Shown: positions 19,630-29,074 of the stretch, one piece after another | Layout of the letters: every line of letters starts with the position of its first letter | How positions within the stretch are numbered: position 1 is the first letter of the stretch | DNA from: Myxococcota bacterium | GTDB lineage: Bacteria; Myxococcota_A; UBA9042 | Direction: 5' to 3' | Length of the DNA: 55,126 nucleotides | Assembly (NCBI GenBank): GCA_044347905.1 | Contig: JBIKTV010000001.1 | Coordinates: forward strand, 1-55,126 | Notes under the pieces: generated by a model | Told to the model about the DNA's origin: nothing | The model's input: the letters and a program-made list of their open reading frames with translations, nothing else | Databases searched by the model: none | Program-made: the position numbers and the translations under genes

Positions 19630-21312
19630 ATGCTGCCGCCCATGCATTTGCACCGCCCTTCCGCTCCTAGCTTTAAGAAGACCCCACCACCGCTGCGGCG
19701 GATCGGCCGTGTTGCGACTTTGGTCGCCGCGCTCTCGCTGATCTCCGCGCCAGTGCAAGCGTTTTCAGTGGACGTACACCGTTGGCTGACCGAGCAAGCG
19801 CTGCGCGGCGTGGTGCCCATCGGCCCGCTCATGACGCCGACGGAAGAGCAGTACATGCAGTGGTGGCTGTGGTTTGGCCGGGCCATGGCCTCGCCGTCCG
19901 GCAGCGCGGAGCTGGACGGCAGCGATCCCAAGCGCTTTGCCAGCCGCTATCCGGGGCCGCGCAGCTTTGACGCCTTTGCCATCCGCGGCTTTCTGGGGCT
20001 GTCTCAGGAGCCGACCCCTGCCGTCATGGGCCTAGATGACTATGATCGCGAAGGCGAAATTGACCGGTTCAACCTGGTGGTGCGCGGCTCGGCCCAGCCC
20101 GATGTCGACCGGCGCAACCAGGAGCGATTTGCCTATGACGCCAAGCGCTTGCCGCTCAAGACTGCGGATGGTCGGCGGGTGCCGGCGGATCCTGCGGCGC
20201 TGAACATGGGCGGGCCCACTGGGCTGGACAGTCAGGCCCACGCCCACTACCAGCTGGCGACGGAAAAGCCCAGCGATGACCCGGAGATCCTCCAGACCGA
20301 GCCGTGGAACTTTGCCGTGGCCCTGGGTTTTGACGGGCCGGTGGAGACTTCTGCGGCAGAGATGGCCCAGGCCCACTTGGATATGGCGATTGTGATGCGC
20401 GCGTGGGTGGACGAGCAGCAGGGGGTGGTCAGCGACTACCTGCCGATCCTTTGGGCGTCTGCGGGGTTGCACTACGTTCAGGACGCGGCGGGGCCTTTGC
20501 ACAATGTCCAGGTGGGCAGCTACGACGTGTTCAAGCGCGCCAAGCTGATGTGGTATCTGCAGGGGCTGAAGACCGCCGGCGGCTATCTGGGCGATCTGCC
20601 GACATTTATGTCCATTGGCGTCGATCTGCTGGGCAACCTTCACCTTTTTAGCGAAGCGTGGATGGCTCGCGAGCTGGACCAGCTGCGCCTGGGCAAGCCG
20701 GGGGTCAAGCCGCTGCAGGCCGTGTGGGCCGCGCCGGACAAGCCCGACAGCGAATTGATCAAGGCGTTGGGGCAAAAGCTCGACCCCCACTTGGCGGATC
20801 CCTTCAAGGTGCAGCCGTGGCAGGACGGGCAGGGCGCGGCGACGATCCTGGTCCACACCCTGGCGCGCTTGGGCAGTCGCGACGGCGCGGCGATCTACAA
20901 GGCGGCCTTGGACCTAGCGGACGGTGAGGTCCTGCAGGTCGGCTACCGGCTGTCAGACAAAATGCCTCTGCAGGCCAAGCACTTGGCTAGCGGCGAAGCG
21001 GCGGAGCAGGCCGCGGCGCAGATGGGCGAGCTGCACGCGCGCTCCCTGGCCCGGGCGATGACGGCGACCCGCTTGTATTGGCGGGCTTATGAACAAGGCA
21101 ACGCCGACACGGCGGCGCGGCGGCTGCGGCGGTTTTCGCTAAATCGCCTTGAGAAAGAGGCGGTTCGCCAGAAGGCGTGGATGGCCGCGGCGCCCAAGAA
21201 CGCCCTGAAGGCCGAGCAAAGGCCGGAGTTTGCCGCGGGGCTGGCGGTTGCGGCGACGCTGCTGTCCGGTCTGACGGTCTGGTGGCTTCGCCGCCGCAAG
21301 GGGAACGCATGA
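19630..21312 (+). CDS. Secreted, C-terminally anchored protein with zinc-dependent phospholipase C / S1-P1 nuclease-like motifs
   Basis: ORF 19522..21312, ATG at 19630 or 19642. Signal peptide ...LISAPVQA. Mature N-terminus VDVHRWLTEQAL and LHYVQDAAGPLHNV resemble the zinc-ligand motifs of the PLC family. C-terminal TM plus RRRK. Confidence 0.5.
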   Translation: MLPPMHLHRPSAPSFKKTPPPLRRIGRVATLVAALSLISAPVQAFSVDVHRWLTEQALRGVVPIGPLMTPTEEQYMQWWLWFGRAMASPSGSAELDGSDPKRFASRYPGPRSFDAFAIRGFLGLSQEPTPAVMGLDDYDREGEIDRFNLVVRGSAQPDVDRRNQERFAYDAKRLPLKTADGRRVPADPAALNMGGPTGLDSQAHAHYQLATEKPSDDPEILQTEPWNFAVALGFDGPVETSAAEMAQAHLDMAIVMRAWVDEQQGVVSDYLPILWASAGLHYVQDAAGPLHNVQVGSYDVFKRAKLMWYLQGLKTAGGYLGDLPTFMSIGVDLLGNLHLFSEAWMARELDQLRLGKPGVKPLQAVWAAPDKPDSELIKALGQKLDPHLADPFKVQPWQDGQGAATILVHTLARLGSRDGAAIYKAALDLADGEVLQVGYRLSDKMPLQAKHLASGEAAEQAAAQMGELHARSLARAMTATRLYWRAYEQGNADTAARRLRRFSLNRLEKEAVRQKAWMAAAPKNALKAEQRPEFAAGLAVAATLLSGLTVWWLRRRKGNA

Positions 21313-22523
21313 GTTCGCAATCGCCAAAGGCCGAGACCTGGGCCAAGCTCGACGCGCACATCGCGAGCCTGGTAGAGCGCCCGGATCAGCTGCAACACCA
21401 GCTGCGGGCTGTGCGCGGCGAGATCCACGAATTGATCCGCCAAAACCCTGAGGAATTGGATCGGCTCGCGGCGAATTGGTGGGCGTCCAACGGCGCTCCG
21501 GCGCGGCGGCTGGTGCTGGAACCCGTGCTGGAAGGCAATGAGGTCGGGGCACTGCTGGCGGAGGCGCTGCTAAAAAGCGTTGAGACGGCCGACGATCGCT
21601 CGGCCAATGCGGCGCTTGCTCTCCTGGCTGGGGAGGCGGAGCTGGACCAGGCCCAGTGGCAGCGCTTGGCTCGGGTGGCGCGGCGGCAGCGCTCGGCTTG
21701 GTTGCCGGACATCGACGCGGTGCAGCTTTTGGCCCGCCGCGGTCCGCCCCAGGCCCTGGCGACCGTTGCGTTGACGGCTTTTCGCCAAGGCCCAGAGGAT
21801 GCGGATGACCGGTTGGCGTGCATCGCCGCGCTGGGCCGCTATGACGACGACCGCGTGCTGGGCTGGCTGACTTCGCTTGCGCGCACGGGATCCTGTTCGA
21901 TGGAGGTCTTGCAGGCGGCGGCGCAGGCCATGGCGCTGGGGCTGCACGGCGGCCAGAGAGCAAAGCCATTGGAACATCTGCTGTTTACCTTGGCCCGCGG
22001 CGATGAAGGGCTGGACGCGCTGCTGCGCTGGTCGGCGCTGGAAGGGCTCAGTCACTTGCGCGGCACGGAAGCGCTGCCTGCTGTCTTGGCGGCCCACCGC
22101 GCGGGCGGGAGCGATCTGCCGGAAGGGTATGCGCAGGGCCTCGCGGCGTTGGCGATGTCGCTAGAGCCCAGCTTGGCCAAAGGCGGGGATACCGGGCTGG
22201 CGGCAGCGGCCGAGGCCATCGCGGCGGGTGACCGCTGGCCCCCAGTGCCGGGGCGCGACCAGAGGGCCATGTCCCGCGACGCCCGGGTGGCGCGCCAGGC
22301 GGCCTTTGAGGAACCCCAGCCCAGCGCAGAGGTTTTGCACGCCCGCGCCGGCTTAGAGGCCGCCCTGGTGGCGCGCAAGCAGCTGGTCGGGACGCTGCTG
22401 GCCGCCGCCGCGCCTGCGCCGATTCCGGAGCGTTTTGCCGCGAATTGGCGCTGCCTGTCGCAAACAGAGCGCGATCAGCTCGCCAACGAAGAGGCGAGCT
22501 GGCTAGGTGCCGAGCGGGCGTGA
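21309..22523 (+). CDS. Hypothetical alpha-helical (HEAT/ARM-like repeat) protein
   Basis: In-frame ATG at 21309 overlapping the upstream stop (ATGA). Leu/Ala-rich helical repeats (ALLAGEAELDQ.., IAALGRYDDDRVLGWL.., ALEGLSHLRGTEALPAVL). No catalytic motif seen. Confidence 0.6.
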   Translation: MSSQSPKAETWAKLDAHIASLVERPDQLQHQLRAVRGEIHELIRQNPEELDRLAANWWASNGAPARRLVLEPVLEGNEVGALLAEALLKSVETADDRSANAALALLAGEAELDQAQWQRLARVARRQRSAWLPDIDAVQLLARRGPPQALATVALTAFRQGPEDADDRLACIAALGRYDDDRVLGWLTSLARTGSCSMEVLQAAAQAMALGLHGGQRAKPLEHLLFTLARGDEGLDALLRWSALEGLSHLRGTEALPAVLAAHRAGGSDLPEGYAQGLAALAMSLEPSLAKGGDTGLAAAAEAIAAGDRWPPVPGRDQRAMSRDARVARQAAFEEPQPSAEVLHARAGLEAALVARKQLVGTLLAAAAPAPIPERFAANWRCLSQTERDQLANEEASWLGAERA

Positions 22524-22549
22524 CGTCGGCGGCGGCAAGAACACCAACT

Positions 22550-22742
22550 GAATTCGCCGCAGGGCTATCGCAAGAACCGCTGGACCGCCCACACCGTCAT
22601 TCCCGCGAAGGCGGGAACCCAGGCGAATGGTTTGGTTTTAGCCTGGGCCCCCGCCTCCGCGGGGGTGACGAAGGGGGCCAATTGGACCGCGCGGTCGTCT
22701 TGTGACCGCAGATCCATGCTTCTTGCGATAGCCCTGGAATTC
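22550..22742. repeat. REP/MITE-like structured element: 16-nt perfect inverted repeats flanking three nested hairpins
   Basis: agggctatcgcaagaa (22561..22576) has its exact reverse complement at 22720..22735, and each copy has an adjacent gaattc. Internal hairpins: tcccgc-gaag-gcggga (22601..22616), cccaggc...gcctggg (22617..22647), ccccgc-ctcc-gcgggg (22649..22664). Confidence 0.55.
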
Positions 22743-22832
22743 ACCGGCGTCAAGGTTGCCGATCGCCAAGCTGATTGGCTATGCTATTGGCGCTTGCGGC
22801 CAGAGTTCTGGTCGGGCTGGGTGGTTCGACTT

Positions 22833-25800
22833 ATGGTGCTGTTTCTCCGCGTTCAGCTTGGGCATTTTGCCGTTCGCGGGGTGGCCAATTGGGCGCTAAC
22901 GCTCATGGCGCTGGTGGTGCTGGGCGGTTGCCTGGAGACCGAATTTGGCCCTGCCATCGGCGACGGCGGCGGCCAAGACCTCGCGCAACTGACCGACAGT
23001 CAAGGCGATGGCGCTGCGTCGACCGATAGTTCCGCGGGAAGCGACGCTCAGGAAGACACCGCGGTCATTGCGGATGCCGACGCTGGCCTCAGTTGCCCCG
23101 GAAATCCAGGGTGTTCCTGCAAAGACTACGCCGATTGCGGCGCGGGAGCCTGTGTGCAGACCGCGGCCGGCAAGCGCTGCGCGGCGTTTTGCGTGGAGGG
23201 CAACTGTGACCCCGGGGCGATATGCGGGGCCCTGGCCGTCGACATCCCTGGCGCAGCCACCTCGACCAAATTTGGCATCTGCTTGCCGCGTTGGCCCACC
23301 GATTGCGTGGCGTGCAAGGACAACAGCGTTTGCGCAAATCCAGCCGATCCCTTGGCAGCGTGCGTTGATCCGACCGGTAGCCCTGCCGCAAGCGCCGGGG
23401 CCGGGGGCTGGTTCTGCGCGGCATCGTGCAAGCAAGACGCGGACTGTTCGCCCGGCCGCAAGTGCAAGACCAGCGCCGGCCGCGACGGAAAGGATCACCA
23501 GGCTTGCGTCCCAACCGACGGACTTTGCAGCTGTAGTCCTCTCGCCATTGACGTCTCTGCCACGACCGACTGCTTCAATACGGGCGCGAGCGGCGGCGCG
23601 GGGGTCGGCAAGTGCAAGGGCGTGCGCGCTTGCCTCAGCAGTGGCCTGAGCGCCTGTAGCGCCGCGGTGCCCAAGCTTGAAACCTGCAACGGTGCCGACG
23701 ACGACTGCGATGGAAGCATCGACGAATCCTCTGACGCGACGCCGATTTGCGACGATCAGCAGGCGTGCACGCAGGACAGCTGCAGCGGCAAAGGCGGCTG
23801 CGTGCACCTGCCGACCAGTGTCACCTGTAGCGATGACGACCCTTGCACGGGCCCAGACGGCTGCGAAATGGGAGAATGCACAGGCGCCAAGCTGGATTGC
23901 GGCGATGGCAACCCGTGTACCGCCGACTCGTGTGCCCAAGACACCGGCTGCAGCTACGCGGCGGTCAACGGCGGGTGCGACGACGGTGACAAGTGCAGTC
24001 TGTCCGACCAATGCCTCAACGGCCAGTGCGTGGGCGGCAAATCGGCGACTTGCGACGACGACAATCCCTGCACCAACGACTGGTGCGATCCCGCCAAGGG
24101 CTGCACCGCGCTGCCCAACGACGCCACGTGCACAGACGACAACGCCTGCACCGGCGCGGATTTCTGCAAAGGCGGCGCGTGCTTTGGCCCGGTGCTTGCG
24201 TGTGACGACGGCTGGGGCTGCACCCTGGACAGCTGCGATCCTGCGGGCGGCTGCTCGTTTAAGCCCACGTCCAGCGGCTGTGGCCAAGCCCAGGTGCCCT
24301 ACGCTTTGGCGATGGACTGTTCCGAGACCGCCTTTGAGGGCTGGCGGGTCACCGCCCAGGGAGTCGGCCTCGCCGAGCCGCAACCGCCGCTCGTGGCTTG
24401 GAAACTCGACGACCAGCCGGCCATGGGTGGCACTGGCCAGTGCACGCTCAACATCAACAACGGCAAGAATCTGGCCTGCGGTTGGGGGCAGAACCAGATC
24501 GAAGCCTACGCTGACTCGCCGTGGCTTGACCTCATGGCGGTGCCTGGCGGATCGGCGCTGGTGCTTCGCTTTGAGAGCGCCGGTTTGTGGGGCAGCGGCT
24601 GGTCCGCTTCGGTGCAGACGCGCGAGCAAGGACAGGCGTGGAAGCCTTTGATCGCCAAGATGGATCCCTCGGGCGCGCTGTGGGGCAAGGTCAACTTGAA
24701 TGTGCCGCAGTTGGCCGGCAAGCTGGTGCAATTGCGCTTTCAGTTCACCAACGCCAGCTGCAGCGACTCCACCGGCACGGGCTGGTTCCTGCGCAAAGTC
24801 TCTCTGGCCGTGGACCCGTGCGCGAACAACAACGGCGGCTGTGCCTCCACCGCCCTGTGTTCTGTCGGCGGCGACGGCTCGGCGATCTGCACCTGCAAGA
24901 CCGGCTACAGCGGCAACGGCAAAACCTGTGCAGATATCGATGAGTGCAAGAATCCAGCCCCAGTGTGCGCTTCTGGCAAGACCTGCACCAACACCCCCGG
25001 CGGCTACACCTGCGGCTGCCCGGCGGGCTATACCGGCGACGGCACGACCTGCACGGACATCAACGAATGCGCCAACGGCACCGCGGGTTGCGCCAGCACC
25101 GCCACCTGCACCAACACCCAGGGCAGCTTCAGTTGCACCTGCAAGTCAGGCTACAGCGGCAATGGCAAGATCTGCTCGGACATCAATGAATGTGCTGTTG
25201 GCTTAGCGGGTTGTGCGACATCCACTCAAGCGACCTGCACCAATTTGCCCGGCAGTTTTCAGTGCGCGTGCAAGGCCGGCTACACGGGCAACGGCAAGAC
25301 CTGCGCCGATGTGAACGAATGCGCCGTCGGTTTGGCCGATTGTGCGACCACCACCGCGGCGACCTGCACCAACGTCCCGGGATCATTTACCTGTGCCTGC
25401 AAGCCGGGCTATCTGGGCAACGGCAAGACCTGCCAGTTTTACGGCAGCCTGGAGCTGCCCGCACCGTCCTGCAAAGCGATCAAGACGGCCAATCCTGCGG
25501 CAACAAGCGGGACCTACTGGCTTTTGCTAGCTGGTTCGCCGGTTCAGGTCAGCTGCGACATGGTTACGGAGGGCGGCGGGTGGACGCTGGTGACGTACAA
25601 GAACGATCTCGCGCTTAGTGCGTGGAACAAGGTCCCGGGGTGGCAATGGCTCGCGGCCGATTTTCAGACCGCGTTGACGGCTGCGCAGATCAAGGCGCTT
25701 CAGGCGGTCTCGACTGAGGGGCGGCAGACCTATGTGGGCCTGTGTTCGCGGCAAGCGCATTACTTCAGCGCACAGTCGAACCTCTACGACCGAGCTTTTG

Positions 25801-26030
25801 GCTTCCGCTTCGCCGACGGCAGCATTTCCGTCAACGGCAAGCAGAGTTACTCGCCGCTGGACATCACTGTCCCCAGCGACGCGTGCAAGAGCCTGTCCAC
25901 CGGCACCCAGAGCACGGTGTTTATGGTCAAGTCGGCTAAGCTGCCGATTGTCAACGTATTTTCAATGTACTCGCTGATTTCCGGCAAGTTTGGCTCGCCG
26001 CTCATGCAGAACCCGGCGATGCTGCGCTAG
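22833..26030 (+). CDS. Large Cys-rich lipoprotein: Myxococcus-type cysteine-rich repeats, a central beta-rich domain, about 5 EGF/cbEGF repeats and a C-terminal fibrinogen-like (CDM..GGGW) domain
   Basis: ORF 22632..26030 trimmed to the ATG at 22833. Lipobox LVVLGGC. Repeats CxDxNPCTxDxC. cbEGF signatures DIDEC/DINEC/DVNEC with CxCxxGYxGNGxxC. SGTYWLLLAGSPVQVSCDMVTEGGGWTLV matches the fibrinogen-related-domain core. Confidence 0.85.
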   Translation: MVLFLRVQLGHFAVRGVANWALTLMALVVLGGCLETEFGPAIGDGGGQDLAQLTDSQGDGAASTDSSAGSDAQEDTAVIADADAGLSCPGNPGCSCKDYADCGAGACVQTAAGKRCAAFCVEGNCDPGAICGALAVDIPGAATSTKFGICLPRWPTDCVACKDNSVCANPADPLAACVDPTGSPAASAGAGGWFCAASCKQDADCSPGRKCKTSAGRDGKDHQACVPTDGLCSCSPLAIDVSATTDCFNTGASGGAGVGKCKGVRACLSSGLSACSAAVPKLETCNGADDDCDGSIDESSDATPICDDQQACTQDSCSGKGGCVHLPTSVTCSDDDPCTGPDGCEMGECTGAKLDCGDGNPCTADSCAQDTGCSYAAVNGGCDDGDKCSLSDQCLNGQCVGGKSATCDDDNPCTNDWCDPAKGCTALPNDATCTDDNACTGADFCKGGACFGPVLACDDGWGCTLDSCDPAGGCSFKPTSSGCGQAQVPYALAMDCSETAFEGWRVTAQGVGLAEPQPPLVAWKLDDQPAMGGTGQCTLNINNGKNLACGWGQNQIEAYADSPWLDLMAVPGGSALVLRFESAGLWGSGWSASVQTREQGQAWKPLIAKMDPSGALWGKVNLNVPQLAGKLVQLRFQFTNASCSDSTGTGWFLRKVSLAVDPCANNNGGCASTALCSVGGDGSAICTCKTGYSGNGKTCADIDECKNPAPVCASGKTCTNTPGGYTCGCPAGYTGDGTTCTDINECANGTAGCASTATCTNTQGSFSCTCKSGYSGNGKICSDINECAVGLAGCATSTQATCTNLPGSFQCACKAGYTGNGKTCADVNECAVGLADCATTTAATCTNVPGSFTCACKPGYLGNGKTCQFYGSLELPAPSCKAIKTANPAATSGTYWLLLAGSPVQVSCDMVTEGGGWTLVTYKNDLALSAWNKVPGWQWLAADFQTALTAAQIKALQAVSTEGRQTYVGLCSRQAHYFSAQSNLYDRAFGFRFADGSISVNGKQSYSPLDITVPSDACKSLSTGTQSTVFMVKSAKLPIVNVFSMYSLISGKFGSPLMQNPAMLR
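24813..25440 (+). repeat. Tandem EGF-module coding repeats (about 126 nt each) inside the 22833..26030 CDS
   Basis: Five successive CxxxxxCTN.PGS[FY]xCxCxxGYxGNGKxCxDI[ND]EC units are visible in the translation. Confidence 0.7.
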
Positions 26031-26147
26031 CTGGTCATTGCCAACCCGCTGATAGGGCTTGCAGCGCCAGCAGTTTTCATTCACAATTCGCCGCCTGCGC
26101 GCCCAAGTTGCGGCCCGCCCAGCCACTGCAGTCATGCACCGGAGTCT

Positions 26148-27029
26148 ATGCCCATGCGCCTGTTTTCCAAGCGTTCGTCCCTGTCTGCCTCGACCGTCGG
26201 CCTGTGCGCTGCGGCGTTGGCCCTGACCGTTGGCTGCAAGAACAAGGAAGAGCCTAAGCCGGCCGAGCCCCCCAAGACGGAGGAGCCCAAGGCTGAAGTG
26301 CCCAAGGCGGAAGAGAAGCCGATCGAGCCGCCGGCTGCGGTTTCGCCAACGGAAGCCGCGTCGCCCGCCACCGCCCCGGTGGAAGCCACCCCGGCCGCTG
26401 CGGGTGCTGTTGCTCCCGCCGCTCCTGCCGCTGGCGCCGCTCCTGCGGTCAACGAGGCGGCGATGAAAGACCCCAAGCTGGCCGTGGAAGTCGCCCCGGA
26501 AGAGTTCCGCGTCAAGGTTGAAACCACCAAGGGCGCGTTCACCATCGCCGTGCACAAGAAGTGGTCGCCCAAGGGCGCGGATCGCTTCTACAATTTGGTG
26601 AAGATCGGCTACTTCCAGGACGTGGCTTTCTTCCGCGCGATCGCCGGCTTCATGGCCCAGTTTGGCATCCACGGCGATCCGGCGGTCAACAACGTGTGGA
26701 AAGAGGCGTCGATCGACGACGATCCGTCGGCCGGCCAGTCGAACAAGGCCTACACGGTCACGTTCGCCAAGAAGGGCATGCCGAACTCGCGCTCGGTGCA
26801 ATTCTTCCTCAATTTCAAAGACAACGCCATGCTCGATCAGATGGGCTTTACGCCGTTTGGCGAGGTCATCGAGGGCAAAGACGTCGTCGACAAGATCAAC
26901 ACCGAGTACGGCGAAGGCGCGCCGCGCGGCATGGGCCCGGACCAGATGCGCGTGCAGGCAGAAGGCAACGCCTACCTCAAGAAGGACTTCCCCAACCTCG
27001 ACTACATCAAGTCGATCACCGCCCTGTGA
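26148..27029 (+). CDS. Cyclophilin-type peptidyl-prolyl cis-trans isomerase lipoprotein with a Pro/Glu/Lys/Ala-rich linker
   Basis: Lipobox ALTVGC. Cyclophilin blocks FYNLVKIGYFQDVAFFRAIAGFMAQFG, VTFAKKGMPNSRSVQFFLNF, FGEVIEGKDVVDKI. Confidence 0.9.
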   Translation: MPMRLFSKRSSLSASTVGLCAAALALTVGCKNKEEPKPAEPPKTEEPKAEVPKAEEKPIEPPAAVSPTEAASPATAPVEATPAAAGAVAPAAPAAGAAPAVNEAAMKDPKLAVEVAPEEFRVKVETTKGAFTIAVHKKWSPKGADRFYNLVKIGYFQDVAFFRAIAGFMAQFGIHGDPAVNNVWKEASIDDDPSAGQSNKAYTVTFAKKGMPNSRSVQFFLNFKDNAMLDQMGFTPFGEVIEGKDVVDKINTEYGEGAPRGMGPDQMRVQAEGNAYLKKDFPNLDYIKSITAL

Positions 27030-29047
27030 AGCGGAGCTCGATACCGAGCGCAGGTGCGGCCTGGATCGCGGTTATGGCGATCTGGGCCGTGCCTGTTTTT
27101 GCCCAGCCGGCAATTCCTCCGGTTCGCCAAGGGGACCAAGCTGCCGTCAAGGCGGCCGCACCTCTGCCGGCCCTGCTGGAGCCCTACGCCGGCTTTGACG
27201 TGGTGTTTGGCCCCGGTGGCCCGCGGGTGTTGGGCCCTGATGCGGCGCCGCAGGTGCAGGCGATGCTGCTGGGCCCGGGGCTCGATCTCGGTTCGCCGGC
27301 GTGCCAGATCGGCGATGTGCGCATTGAGGCCCGCCGCTTGCTGGTGCAAATCAGCTGCGCGGACGGCAAGGCGACGGCGATCCTGGCCGTGCGCGAGCCC
27401 GGCGAGCCCAGCAAGAATTCCGCTGATACGGTGTGGTTTTCGCTTGCTCTGCCGCCGTCATGGCAACAGCCCGCTGCGGCAGATTTGCAGCTCGCCCGCA
27501 CGGCCGCGCAAACGGAGCTGCTGAGGCGCGTGCAGGCGGGGGAGGCCAAGCTGCCCTGGCAACGGGTGAGACCTGCGCCTGGCAGCCCGGCGGATGCGTG
27601 GATGAGCGCACTGCTTTTGGCCCAACGCGCTGCAGCCACAGGCGATCTGCCGGGCGCCCGCCGCGCTCTGCAACAAGCCAAGAGCGTGCGGCCGTTGACC
27701 GAATTGCGCGCCACCGAGCTCTTTGACTTTGCCCTGCTGACCCTGGCTTCGGCAGAAAAAGCTCTATTACAAGAGGTCTTGCAGGCCTTACAGGCCAAGC
27801 TGGCCGCCCAAGCGCAGCCGACTCCCCAGGGCTTTGCCGGCAGCGACGCGGCGGACCTGAGGGCCCTGGCGGCGGCGATTCCAGCGCTATCGGGCGACCC
27901 GACGTCTACGGTGACCAAGGCCAATAGCTGCCTATCTCCGCCTGGTTGCGACGTGCTGCCGGCGGTGCGGGCCCTGGCTGCGTCGCGCGCGTATGCCCAA
28001 GCGGCAGACGTTCTGGACGGTGGGCCGCTGGCCGGGCAGGGCAAGGTAGCGTTTGATTTGCTGAAATTGCGTTTTGGCCTGGCGAGCGCGCTCAACGACG
28101 CCGCGGTCGAGCTAGCCGTCGCAGAGCGCATGACCGTTGAGCATCCGGAGATGGCTGAAGGCCTGGATTTGCGCGCGGCGGGTCTGGGTCGGGCAGGGCG
28201 ATATCGCGAAGCCATTGAGATTTTGCATGAACTCAGCCAGCGCCATGCCGATCGCGACATCGTGCTGGGGCGGATTGCCGGGCTGTTGGCCTTCCTGACC
28301 GCGGAGGCTCTTGAGGACCCCAGCAAAAAAGCAGAGCTAGAGCTGGTAGAGCGGCGGATGCGCGAGGCAGCCCAGCGCGACAACGACATCGTTGCCCGCT
28401 TCATTGTCGCCACCCGCGGCTATTATGCTGGCGAATTTGCCAAGGCTCTTCCTGAGTTACAGGCGCTGGCCGCTACAGCCAATCGCGATCCGCGCATCCC
28501 GCTCTACTTGGCGATGGCCCATTTCTGGCTAGGTCACCAAGCGGACGCGGAGAAGTGGATCGCCAAGGCCGTGGAGATCGGGCCTTCTGATCCGGACGTG
28601 TTTTACTGCCGCAGTCAGATCGTGCGGCGCTCAAATTTGCCCCTGGCAATTGCCGACTTGGAGCGCTACGAGGCGATGACCAAGCAGCCCTGGGCCCTGG
28701 GGCCGCGGCAGAAGTCGGAGCGCGTAGAGGCGGAGCTGGCGCTGATGCGCAAGGGGCGGATTCCGCCGGACTGGGACAAGCCGGGCCCGGACCGCGCGGT
28801 GTTCTTGCCCGCGGAACAGACCGGTACTGCCGCGTCAGAGCTGGCGATCCGCGGCCCGGATGGCGCCGGGGCCACGGCAAAGACCGCGGAGTCCGCCCAG
28901 CCCCAAGCGAGCGCGACGGCGACGCAGAGCGAAAATCCCCAGCCTTTGAGCGGGCCAACCCCTAAGACGCCGTGGACGCTGATCGGCCTAGGGGCGGCGA
29001 TTGCCGCAGCGCTGGGGTTGCGCTTCGTTCGCGCGCGTCGCAAATAG
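27026..29047 (+). CDS. Secreted TPR-repeat protein with a C-terminal hydrophobic anchor
   Basis: In-frame GTG at 27026 overlapping the cyclophilin stop (GTGA). Signal peptide AAWIAVMAIWAVPVFAQP. TPR-like helical pairs (e.g. ALPELQALAATANRDPRIPLYLAMAHFWLGHQADAEKWIAKAVEIGPSDPDVFY). Tail WTLIGLGAAIAAALGLRFVRARRK. Confidence 0.7.
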   Translation: MKRSSIPSAGAAWIAVMAIWAVPVFAQPAIPPVRQGDQAAVKAAAPLPALLEPYAGFDVVFGPGGPRVLGPDAAPQVQAMLLGPGLDLGSPACQIGDVRIEARRLLVQISCADGKATAILAVREPGEPSKNSADTVWFSLALPPSWQQPAAADLQLARTAAQTELLRRVQAGEAKLPWQRVRPAPGSPADAWMSALLLAQRAAATGDLPGARRALQQAKSVRPLTELRATELFDFALLTLASAEKALLQEVLQALQAKLAAQAQPTPQGFAGSDAADLRALAAAIPALSGDPTSTVTKANSCLSPPGCDVLPAVRALAASRAYAQAADVLDGGPLAGQGKVAFDLLKLRFGLASALNDAAVELAVAERMTVEHPEMAEGLDLRAAGLGRAGRYREAIEILHELSQRHADRDIVLGRIAGLLAFLTAEALEDPSKKAELELVERRMREAAQRDNDIVARFIVATRGYYAGEFAKALPELQALAATANRDPRIPLYLAMAHFWLGHQADAEKWIAKAVEIGPSDPDVFYCRSQIVRRSNLPLAIADLERYEAMTKQPWALGPRQKSERVEAELALMRKGRIPPDWDKPGPDRAVFLPAEQTGTAASELAIRGPDGAGATAKTAESAQPQASATATQSENPQPLSGPTPKTPWTLIGLGAAIAAALGLRFVRARRK

Positions 29048-29074
29048 CCGGGACGTCGGGCGGTTGCGCCCTAC

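Noticed and set aside
19501-19758. The upstream 86 codons of track ORF 19087..19758 (ferredoxin), and similarly 26561..27025 (TPR ORF), 50864..51037, 51883..52221, 53046..53516, 21177..21308, 22632..22832 and 30658..30792.
   Set aside because: These are in-frame 5' extensions with junk-like composition that overlap neighbouring genes or intergenic elements. Internal starts with an RBS, a signal peptide or the onset of homology fit better.
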